Positions 41,310 to 51,753 of a stretch of 64,000 nt of DNA are shown in pieces; the stretch's first letter is position 1, and every line of letters begins with the position of its first letter. This stretch comes from Dicyema japonicum. Lineage: Eukaryota; Animalia; Dicyemida. The stretch covers positions 434,001 to 498,000 of the forward strand of contig RDEW01000003.1 in assembly GCA_011109175.1 (NCBI GenBank), given 5' to 3'. A program made the translations under genes and the position numbers. A model generated the notes under the pieces. That model made no database searches. It was given only the letters and a program-made list of their open reading frames with translations, and had not been told where the DNA came from.

Positions 41310-42790
41310 CAGTCGTTCCCAACCTTAAGATGCTCGCTGAACTCTTTTGGGTTAATTTATTTTTTGTGGAACCCTTAAAATTCAATTATTACGATTTGCT
41401 TTAAACATAATCGTAGTAACCATTTCAATGTGACCATTGAGGTAACTTTTTAACATAGCATAGTTGTGTAACGTTAGGAGTAATTGTTGACGACTGCATC
41501 CTCATATTAGGGAAGTTTTGGTAGATTTTGAAAACCCGACTCGCATAAGTAAGTCGCTAGAAAAGGTAACAGTGTACGTATAGCCTCTTCTGAGATATCA
41601 GGATATTTTGAAATGTATGCTCTCCAAAAAGTGGAAAGGGAATCATTTTATATATCTGATTTAACGTTGATTCTGATGTCAGTAAGATGCTCATATTGAT
41701 GTTATATTTGTGGTATTACTTTAACTTTGAGTGGATTTCCAACACAATCGTCATCAAATTTATCCGAAAATATTTCGCAATGTTATCATCCAAAATTACC
41801 AAAAGATCTTAGATGTCCTGAAGTACTGTATCGTCCAATGCGCATTTTGATTCATCAGATTCTCTTGCAGAACGGCAAAGCATGTAAGCACATTTATTGC
41901 AATTTATGTTTTTGCAACAAAATAATTTTTAATAGTGTTGAAAATATTTTCCCACGTACAATTACTCCCCAACGATTCGCACATTAACCTGTCTCCTTCA
42001 ATAATATCGTCAAATGGGTTTCGAATAAAAACCAATAAAACTGCCAATCCATCAACATCAGTAGACTCATCAATTTGTGTGGAATTCGAACGAATTAGTA
42101 ACTGCTTTTCAATATTTTCCGAAAATTCCTGAATTCGCCTTGAAATAGTATTATTTGACAAAAACAAGATTTAGCTTCTTAGACATTTGTTCGCCGTAAA
42201 TACACTCAATGATCTTTTTTGAACATAGTTTTATAAGATTTTCTTGTATGTGCCTCTCCAAACGTGACAAGATCACCTGTTTAATTAAACTTATTATATA
42301 CGTCATAAGAAGTTCTGGTCGATTTTTAGTTGTCTTTCGAAAAATTGGACATTTCCAACTTGACCTAGTAGATGCATTCAATTTGATTTGAAAAAGGAAA
42401 TATCTTTATACTTTGAAAGATTATACTTTAAAGTATGTCTTGATAGTTTGGCGGGGATAAGAGATGTGTTAGGCATTATATGATGGCATATTAGACATTC
42501 TGCCATATGCGGCGGTAAATCAGATCCGTTCTGAGAAAACCCATATGAGAGGTAGCTTTCATCATATTTTTTTTAAAATTATAATTATAAAAAAACCTTT
42601 TTTGAATATTTTTTTTGGAATCTCTTATGCGATTATTATTTCTCATAAAAAATCTTATAAAATTGACTAACTAACCAAAAACAAAACAAGATATAAGCGT
42701 GGATGTTTAATATATTTTAATAATTAAAAACTATTATTGTAATAAATTTCGCGGAACCCTAAAACTAGCTCCCCAGGGTTCCGTGATCTT
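41310..42790 (-). mobile_element. hAT Charlie/Buster-like (ZBED5/SCAND3-type) transposon remnant
   Basis: End CAGTCGTTCCCAACCT; KYDESYLSYGF, CLICH, LSNNTISRRIQE, QIDESTDV; the other TIR is eroded. Confidence 0.8.
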
Positions 42791-43039
42791 GAATTGAGGC
42801 TACATAGGTTTAAAAGAAAATTTTATTCTTAAAATAAAAATTCTTCATGGAGAAGCTACCAGCTAAACACAAGATGAAGTTAATTTGAATGGACAAAATA
42901 TAATAATAATATTTACACTTTCCGAAAAGCCATATCTGTTATCGCTCCCGTTAGGCAAAACACACATTTTATTTTAAGCAAAGAACAATTACTATAGCTA
43001 ATCGAGGAAGGATCAAAGAATGCTATTCACTTTTTACTT

Positions 43040-43212
43040 GTTTGAGGTATGTCCTTTATACAATCCTCTTCCGCTGTGAAGTTCACTGATGACGACGTCA
43101 CTCATCAAGCCAAAGCATATTGATGCGTAGAACCTTCAACCGAATTGCAGTATCGGGATTCGAACTAGCGACCTTCAGGTCTCTTGCCCGGCAACCGTCA
43201 CACTGCGCCACA
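43040..43212 (-). mobile_element. tRNA-derived SINE copy
   Basis: TGGCGCAGTG A box, GTTCGAATCC B box, body CATCAGTGAACTTCACAGCGGAA...AAGGAC. Confidence 0.65.
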
Positions 43213-43299
43213 ATATGATTAAGTTAAAAGTTGACCATGAAGTATTTTATTTTCTTAAATATATACCAATAATTTTATTAAAAATCTGAATTAAAAAAC

Positions 43300-43371
43300 T
43301 GCCCAAAGTCGAAATTGAACCAACGACCTTTAGATCCTCAGTCTAACGCTCTTCCGCTGAGCTACTAGAGC
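43300..43371 (-). pseudogene. tRNA-Phe pseudogene (anticodon mutated to GAG)
   Basis: Copy of tRNA-Phe with acceptor and T-stem mismatches; shares flanks with the 31605 copy. Confidence 0.85.
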
Positions 43372-43409
43372 TCATTTTTCTTATTTACTTTATATACGAT
43401 TGCAACATT

Positions 43410-43563
43410 TCGAATAGGCTTGCAAATCTCTATAAATATTAAGTCACTTCATTCAGAGCCATAACGAGAGCATAACATGTGACTTTTTACTCAATTGAAA
43501 ACCATTTATATAATCACTAACTGAACCACGTGGTTCAGTAGGTGCAGTTGTTTCCGAATTAAC
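43410..43563 (-). pseudogene. MUS81: Short MUS81 exon fragment
   Basis: Matches 45653-45810 (NSETTAPTEPRGSVSD..ALVMALNEVT). Confidence 0.85.
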
Positions 43564-44124
43564 ACTTTTAAATAAATATAGAAAAGGGATAAAGCAATCA
43601 AGTTGGGCTCACTGTAGCTCTGTGCTAATGTAACTGGATTTTTCTTTTACTAGATAATGCTCCAAGTTTTAACGAAATTTTTTGAAAATTGAAATTTTAT
43701 TCATTCCAAAAAACACAACTGCTCATCTTCTACCAAAGAATGCAGGCATATTCAAGAACTTTAAGCATTATTATAGAAAAATGCTTATTTTGGATTATAT
43801 GCCCTTGATTTGGAAAAATAATTTTTGTTAATTTACGAAAGGCCGTCATTATGGTACAGCGGCAATTAAATGTCCTGATTCATTTGCTAATAAAGATATC
43901 ATGCAAGGTCATGTTCTGAATGAGTACTGAAAAGAACTGTAAAAACTTCCTAATGAGCAAGAAATAACTCAAATATAAATCGACGAGAACGAAATCGTCA
44001 TTCTCTGTGAAGATTATAATGTCGACGAGGAAACTATTGATTAGTATATTCATTCCCTCCACAATCCGAAAGGCATCCAATTTTTTTGTTCGGACTAATG
44101 AGGGTTTACTGATTTAATAGTAAA

Positions 44125-46100
44125 TCACTCGTATAAAAATAAATGATTAATAGAAATCAGAGAATAACAGCTGATACACCGTCTTACTGAGCACAGGACC
44201 AACTCTCCTACAAGGAAAGAATCTCCAACCAACCTGTTCCCATCAGAAATATTAGCCAACAGTAAAAGTCTGCTACGATCATCACCGCAAGTCCTATAAG
44301 CTTCACTCAATCTACAAATTAGGCAAAAAGTCTAACTTTAAAACGCTACCATATCGCTCAGCAATCGCAGCCCCCTTCGAAAGAGACATTCCATCAATTT
44401 GGGACAAAAACAGAGTCAGCAGCGCCCGACTCGTTACATTCTAACAATAATCATAAATTGTGACAGAAGTCTTCACAAATCGACCAGAAAATTCCCCAAA
44501 CGAATAATAAACGCCATCTTCCTTCACAGAATTCGCCAAGACCTCGTCAATCGGTCTCACTTTGACTCCAATCCCCGTAGAAAAAAACTCCCTTAAATGA
44601 AAATGAACCGTCTTCAAGAAATTCGCAGTTGAAACCGCGTTCAACGTTCTCCTAACTCGAATTCCGTCAACAATCTAGCATTAAAATCTTCAAACCTCAA
44701 TGTTACAAATAGCCTGCTGTAGACTGGCGGAGTTTAAAGAGCAGTAAGCGGCTCCTTTCCGACCATCTCCACAATGTACATAATATGAGGGATCTTCGTC
44801 TGTTTTAGGCGGTATTTTTGCTCGTGCAATCTCCCATCCATTATAGAGGACGCCAAATCGTCAATTCGCTTCCTTTCGATGATGTAGTCCAGCACAACGT
44901 CATCCCCGTCTGAATTAAGGTAAAATATACGCGGAACTACTGGCTCATCTGTGTGGTTCGAAAACACCCATAAATAGTCTCCTATCGAAAGTTTCGTCAC
45001 ACAAAAGAAGACTCCGGCCTTTCTGAGCTCCTCGAATATTTTCTCGTTCCTATTCCCGCAGTACTCGCAGTTGTCCACATAAAGCACAACCCTTCCGTCT
45101 CCCAAACGATTCTCCGTGTATATGCGATTCTCACTAGTTAGACTAAGGGCATCAATTTCAAAATAATACTCTTCTCGATACATTTCATGAGATTCACCGA
45201 TTTTATCAATTTTAAAACTCTCGGGTGCTTTGTTGCAAGCCAAATAATTTCCTGTAGTAGTGAGGGGCTAAATGTTTTAAGTGAGAGTTTACCATTTCAT
45301 TTCTAGTAGTTACAACGTCACATTTTTTTCTAAAATTAGCAGTACAGATGGAAGGGACTGAATGGTTAGTAAAAAATACTATTAGTCAGAGTCTGGTCGA
45401 CTGAATCGGCGCCTGATGTAAAGTTGAAAGCCAACTCTGTCCCCTTGGAGGAAAGAATATATCTGTTTTAGATTATATTAGACATACTCTGTTGCGGACT
45501 TTTTACTGACAATGTTTAATTTTAATAAATTTCTCATTTGCTTCCAAAGAACTTCATTTTCTAAGAAAAACCAATCAAAACATAAAAACACCACATAAGG
45601 CATCTGAACGAATATATTTTCGCGCTCTTTCGATAATTATTGATTTTATTTTTTCGAATAGGTTCGCCAATCTAAAATAATTATTCAGTCACTTCATTCA
45701 GAGCCATAACGAGAGCATAACCATGTGACCCTTTAATCAATTGAAAACCATTTTTCGAATCACTAACTGAACCACGTGGTTCAGTAGGTGCAGTTGTTTC
45801 CGAATTTAACTGAGATAATCGTTGATCAATCAAAGAGCACAATTTAGGACCTAAATAGCTATTATAAAGCAAACCAAATCCTTCCAAAAGCTTACAGTCG
45901 TTTCCTGACTTTATTTTGATAGGGTATTTTCTGAGGGAAGAGGCGGCCTGGAATTATTGTTAAGTGGATACTTTGCGAAATATAAATTTGGACATTAAGC
46001 CATCTTTGGCAGACTGATCTTGCCATTCTTTAAGCCATTTTATTATTTGAATGTTTGGATGTTTTTCCATTCTTACTTTGCTTATTTTTGGAGGATCCAT
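44125..46100 (-). CDS. MUS81: Crossover junction endonuclease MUS81, multi-exon
   Basis: N-terminal HhH (KWLKEW..SLRKYPIKIKSG..LEGFG), ERCC4 domain (VLYVDNCE, GDYLWV, DYIIERKRIDDLASSIMDGRLHEQKYRL), C-terminal HhH. Confidence 0.93.
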
Positions 46101-46354
46101 TAAACACAAGAATTTAAAAATCCGCTATATTTAATAAATTATTTTATTTTTAATAATTGATTAAAATATATAATTATTTTTAATTAAAAGGTCGTCTTGC
46201 TCTAAGTTAGCATACAAATGGCATCCAAAGTTACTGAGAATCTTTGGTATAGATTTCGGATGAATCATCGCAAATCTACCGTGGGTTTTTCTAACTTTTG
46301 GATAGATCTAACTTTAGGCTTACCTTATTTAATCTGCCTGGTATTATTAGCTTC

Positions 46355-46479
46355 TATGGCTAGTTTTCTAAGTGCCGGACAAATCCAGATGGCCCCGATT
46401 CGAATCTCGGTGCTGTACATTCCATGGAGGTTCCTTGCATCTACGATATTTTTGGTTCGACGATAGACGCCGTTATCAG
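46355..46479 (+). mobile_element. SINE 5' half (resumes at 49870-49930)
   Basis: TTCTAAGTGCCGGACAAAT..GATTCGAATCTC..GCATCTAC matches the 30872-31050 copy; split by a hAT insertion. Confidence 0.75.
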
Positions 46480-46504
46480 TAGGGCAACCAATAGTCATTT
46501 AAGT

Positions 46505-49312
46505 CAGCGGTTCTCAACCTGGGTCGATTTGACCCCAGGGTTCTAAAATCAATCCAGAACGATCGCAAGGGGGTCAAAAATGAATTACTTGGGGGTCGAA
46601 AATAAATTTAATATATTTAATTTTTTGTGTTGTGGAGTATGATGAGATGGATGTTATGATCCGTGGAGTACCCAAAGAGAACCATGTCCATGTGCTGGCA
46701 GCCAATAAGGAGAGACTATATTTACCCCGTGATAAATTCGGCCGTGGACTGTGTGGAGTAGTCCAACTGAGTGAGCGTATCCTAATGCGAATGCACGACA
46801 CCCTGATAGCTGGGTCAAGTGTGTCTGCTAGGAAGCACGCCACAATAACGACCGAGAAAACACGGGCAACTCACCTAGGCACTATCAGACCTTTTTTGTC
46901 TGCTAAGTATGGTGTTGATGATGGTGGGCTAGTAAATGTAAAGGCGTTGATCGAACTACAATATAATAATTTGATGGAGAAGATCAACTTAAAAAGTCTT
47001 CATAAGGTCCTCTTCAGAGCATTGGTCAACCCACATGTCGACCTTAAGTCGTCGACAATATGACTAAAATACGGTGACAACTCACCTCGATCGGAGGCGT
47101 TGTACACATATATGCAAGACCGCAATATTTTTTGGGGTCGATCAACAAATACATGTCCCCACTGTAAGTCAAGGAGCATGTCGGTTGATCATTTAGCCAC
47201 TCGATGTGGATCCATGCTCTGCCACGACTATGTGTGGAGGCATAACGAGGTAGTAAGGAGTCTTCATTTCTACTACAAGTATGGTATTCGCCACACCAGA
47301 AATTTGCGGACTCATAAGGTGCAATCTGTAGTAGAGAACACCAGGGTCCAAATTAAGGTAGACAGTGTTATCCGTACTTTGGTGCTAGTCAGCACAATTA
47401 ACCGGACATTGTGGTACACGAAAAGGAGTCTGGCCAAGTCCTTATCATAGAGGTTGGCATCATGTCTCAAGACCGTTTGCAGACTGTGGAGGTGGAGAAA
47501 AAAAGGAAGTATGACTTTCTTGCAAACGAGATGGGGCAGATGCTTGGTTGCAAGGTCCTCGTTATTCCTATAGTAATGACGTGGGAAGGAATGCAACAAA
47601 GAGCAAGTGGAGATGTTTTACACCCAGACAATAGATTTTTCAGTATAAGAGATATCTGAAGCATGGGTTATCTGAAGCAGTTGGGGGTAGATAGGAAGCT
47701 CAGGCCTATCTACAGTCCACTGTGTTAAAGCGGACCCTAGAGAGCTTGACACTGGAGTATAGGAGGCAGAGCCCTGAGATGACATGTAGGCAGAGGGTTC
47801 AATTGACAAGGCGCTCTTGGAGTTGTTTCAGCAACCAGAATCGAACCTGCCTGAGGAGGCTGGCAAACAGGCAGGCGAGGAAGGTTGTTGATTATTAAAT
47901 ATATTAACTTTTTTATTGTTTGTTAAATAAAGTGGGTTAAAAAGTAAATTAAGTTAGTTTATTTTTAAAGTGGTAAACCTTTGTTCTTTAAAATTTTTAA
48001 AATTACCATGCTCGTTTTTGTTCGTGTATGATTCGTACTTCTACATTAAAAATTCGTCAATATAAAAGTGAACATTTGGCATTTGGATTTATAAAAAATT
48101 CTTTTGAAAATAGACCATATTGCTTACTGTGTAATAAGTCATTATCAAATAATGCAATGAAACCGTCCAAATTGTTGGATCATCTTAGGAGAAAACATTC
48201 GGATAAAAAAGATAAACCATTAGAGTATTTTGAAGAATTAAAAAATTCTTTTCGTAAACAAAAAACGATTGACACTGTTTTTACAAATAGTATTGAAAGA
48301 AACAATAGTTGTTGTTATTTTAAATTATATTTAGGACGACTAATTGCATTCTATAAAATTTCAATGATTATTGCCAAAAATGAGAGTTCCCATGTTTCTG
48401 GTGAATATCTCATTAAACCATCTATATCAGTGATTCCATCAGATCTGATGGGTTTAAATCCCGACGAAATATTAAAGGGTTGACGAAATGTTAGATAATG
48501 TTGAACATATTTCATGTGAAAGGCTTAAAAATACTATTTTTTCGCTTCAAATTGTTGAAAGTCATATATGTAACAACCAATCAATTCTAATAGGATGTTT
48601 CATGTTAATTTATTAAAAGCTTACCCTTTAAAATATTTTGACGATCATGGTCTTCTTACAAAAAATTTATTATTCGTCAAATATTTGGAAACTGATACGA
48701 CTGGATTTTCTATTTTTTCCGTAGTCAAATTATTTTTGGATGACAAGAAGATTCCATATAAAAATTTGGTTTTCATATGAAAATTGTATATAAGAAAAAT
48801 ATTAAAGAGGAATTAATTATGTTAAAATTCAATCCAGAATTAAAACTATATTATAATGATTCACAATCACCCGTTATTTTTTGAAAGAGAGTTATCCAAA
48901 ATTGTGGACAGAAATAGCACAATATTTTTCGACATCATACTGTGTTGAATGCGGATTTAGCATTCTACATCGAATTGTAAATAAAGAACGAAACAAATTG
49001 GATGTGTCCATTAAAGGAGATATCCGGTTAAAAATAACACAGAGAGCCAGATATCGAATCTTTGGTCAAAAAACATCAGTCACAGGGATCCCATGCTATT
49101 TAATTCTTTTTTTTATTATAGATTTATGCTAAGATGCCAACTTAACATCGAGTATTCTTTTTTTTTTGACTTGATTATTAACAATGAATTCATTTTAGAT
49201 AGTTAACTAATTTTACTCTGTTCTAAATAAAAAATAATAATGGGGTCGATTAAATTTAGGGGGTCGAAAAAAGTCAAGGGGTCGACGAGTAAAAAAAGGT
49301 TGAGAACCCCTG
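46505..49312 (+). mobile_element. hAT Charlie/Buster-like transposon
   Basis: TIRs CAGCGGTTCTCAACCT / AGGTTGAGAACCCCTG, perfect 8-bp TSD ATTTAAGT, subterminal GGGGTCGA repeats; BED finger RPYCLLC..MKPSKLLDHLRRKH; SYCVECGFS. Confidence 0.92.
46631..47930 (+). mobile_element. 5'-truncated RLE-type (R4/Dong/NeSL-like) non-LTR element
   Basis: ERLYLPRDKFGRGL, CPHC..VDHLATRC, RHNEVVRSLH, RPDIVV, IEVGI, EKKRKYDFLANE, VMTWEG. Confidence 0.9.
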
Positions 49313-50699
49313 ATTTAAGTCATATCTTACTTTATCGGTCATATTAATTAATTTTTATAAAATGCCTAAATCAAAATTGCAAACCAGAAAAAAATTAAAA
49401 AATCATAAGCAATATCCCATGGAATTTGAGAGGGGTGTTAATGGTAGTTTATATTGTCAAAAATTTCAAGTAAATAAAAATTATATGTGGAACAACACCG
49501 GCAATTAATGAACCACAAGTTGGCCGAAATGATGACCAAAGTGAATATTCCATTATACAAAATCTGCGACACTAAGTTTATTGATTTCTTTAAAAAAGTG
49601 GGATATGAATTCCCAGTGAAAGTTACTGTAGAAATTTAGCACATTACCTTATTTCAAATCAAATTACGAGAATTGATTCTATTAGTATAAGAAATGTATT
49701 TTTAATTGTGGATGAGACACAATTTTCGAAAAAAGTATTTTTTTTAATATTATAATGTGACTGTTGAAAATCCTATGATTAAATATTTGATTTAATTTTT
49801 TAAGCTCTTAAAGTTATATTTTTAAGGATATATTTCAATCATTTTTAGGTCATATTTGTGGGTGCCCTAGTCATCAGTGAACTCTTCATTGCGGAACCGT
49901 ATCGTCTACAAGGACTGACTCATCCAACAAAAGATAGAAGATGTAAAAAAGCATCCTTTCGTTTTTTTTCATAACTGTTCTTTACTCTACTAAAGCGAGT
50001 CTCCTGCCTGTGCGGAGCTATAAGTTTTATGGCTCTCACAAAAAGTGAAGTATTGTTGTCGGTATCAATCAAATCCTTAGTCTGTGAGTATTGTGCTACT
50101 TATTTTCACATTTGGCTCCGTCCAGCAAAAATATAGACCGTATCATTACGAATTAGAAAAATAATTGATGCATGCTCCACTGATTTTGTCTACATCGGCA
50201 GACTTGTTGCAAGTCCAACTTACGTAAGCTTATTCTGCTTGTTTCTACAAATCGTCCGGTATCTAATTATCCAAAATGATAAGCACCATAAGATCAGAAT
50301 TATGCCACGTTAAAGACCAGGTAGTCGAGTGGCTAATTGGTCGGAAGGTTGAGGCCACGATGTACCTCGATTGCACCAAATATGTATTCATGATAAATGG
50401 AAGCCTTTGTTTTCATTCTTCTCCTGGGGGAGACTGAAAATTCCAGAAGCCAAGCTAAACCCAAACGAACTAATCATATGTTCCAGGCACACTGAAGCAA
50501 TGACCAACCATGAGCCCAATGTTCCACCCTCTAACCCACAAAAGCAAGTTACATGAGCACGCCACTCGGTTCTTACAAAATGGGGATTCCAGAGGAGTTC
50601 TTTCCAGAAGAAATAATAACTACCAAATTCCCAGAAATGCTTAAACGAGAAAATTTAAATTCTTGAGTTCCTCAGCGACAAGTAGACAGAAATAAATGA

Positions 50700-51753
50700 T
50701 ATTTTATTAATTTTATACGTTTGAGCACGCTAAGCTGATGAGAGCTGACATCCTGAAAGGTTATTTCTACTGACGATTGCTAAACCAATATTAATAACAA
50801 TTACCGTAGTATTGGTGTCTATAACGACATTCACTTGATTGATTACTCCACCAAAGTCAAATGGGCTTGGGGAAAGAGTGTACAGTATTTGAAGCCTAAG
50901 AAAAAAGTGAGAACTCGCTGTACACTAGAGTCCGTTAGTAATTTATAATACAGTGGGAAGGCACACTCTGTTGACAGACACGTGGGAAGACCTCGCTGGC
51001 GTTGAGTGCACGATCCAATCGGTAAAGCAGTCCGCTGACGAACTCGAGCATCTCGAATTATAAGAGACAAAACTCATAAAAAGCATTTGTTCCAAATGTA
51101 GTGACATTATTAATATCACAACACTGAATTGGCTGACTGTTGATCCCTTTTCTACAAAAAAGTTAAGAAAATTAAAAAAATATTTGATAATTGATTAAAT
51201 ATTTTTTAAATTAAATAAATTAAAATAAATTCTTACAAAAATTGAATTTTAGCATCATTCTGGTAAGAAGTGGTGTATTTGTAGTTTACCTATATTTTAT
51301 AAATGATTACTGCGGGTAGATATTGCGGAGAATTGATGACCTCCCCAGAATTATACTTTTCGATAATGGACAGGTACTCACTCGTTGGTGAACACGATGT
51401 GATTGAAGTGTCTTTATAATTCGCTTGAATAATAATTACGAAAATACAGGTAGCCTTGCAGAATAGCTCATCTCTCTTGTAGAATAAGTTTTCGTAGTGA
51501 AATTGAACGTTTGAGGATTTGAAGCAATCAATTGTGGTTGTTCTAAGATGGTAGAAAGGAAATCTTACACATTAAGTAAACACGTTCCTTTGCTCTCGTG
51601 TTCTTTGGTTAGACTGTAGGGGCATTCCTTATCGCAACAGCATTGTTCATCGCAGTAATTCAATAGTGCATCACAAAAACACTTTGATTGGAGTGAAATA
51701 TTGATTGACAAAACTGTAAGCACCAATATTATCATTTTGTTGTCTGGTGACAT
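50700..51753 (-). CDS. TCTN: Tectonic-like (ciliary transition zone) protein, multi-exon
   Basis: Signal peptide followed by CFCDALLNYCDEQCCCDKEC (tectonic Cys motif); continues through tiny introns and one ~85-nt AT-rich intron. The 3' end is approximate. Confidence 0.75.

Larger units (their letters stand above)
40825..44111 (+). mobile_element. pogo/Tigger-like DNA transposon, degenerate, with internal insertions
   Basis: TIRs CAGTAAACCTCATTAATCCGAA / TTCGGACTAATGAGGGTTTACTG, TA on the left; DDE_1 remnants LLLDNAPS..FIPKNTTAHL..AGIFKNFKHYYRK at ~43645-43780. Confidence 0.8.
46480..49869 (+). mobile_element. hAT element with TAGGGC termini (CGGBP1-like transposase remnant)
   Basis: TIRs TAGGGCAACCA / TGGGTGCCCTA; 8-bp TSD GTTATCAG/GTCATCAG; remnants LYCQ, NIPLYK, FLIVDET at 49360-49730. 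Confidence 0.75.

Noticed and set aside
43300-43371. Functional tRNA-Leu(GAG) arising by anticodon shift
   Set aside because: Acceptor and T stems carry several mismatches; it is a decayed tRNA-Phe copy.
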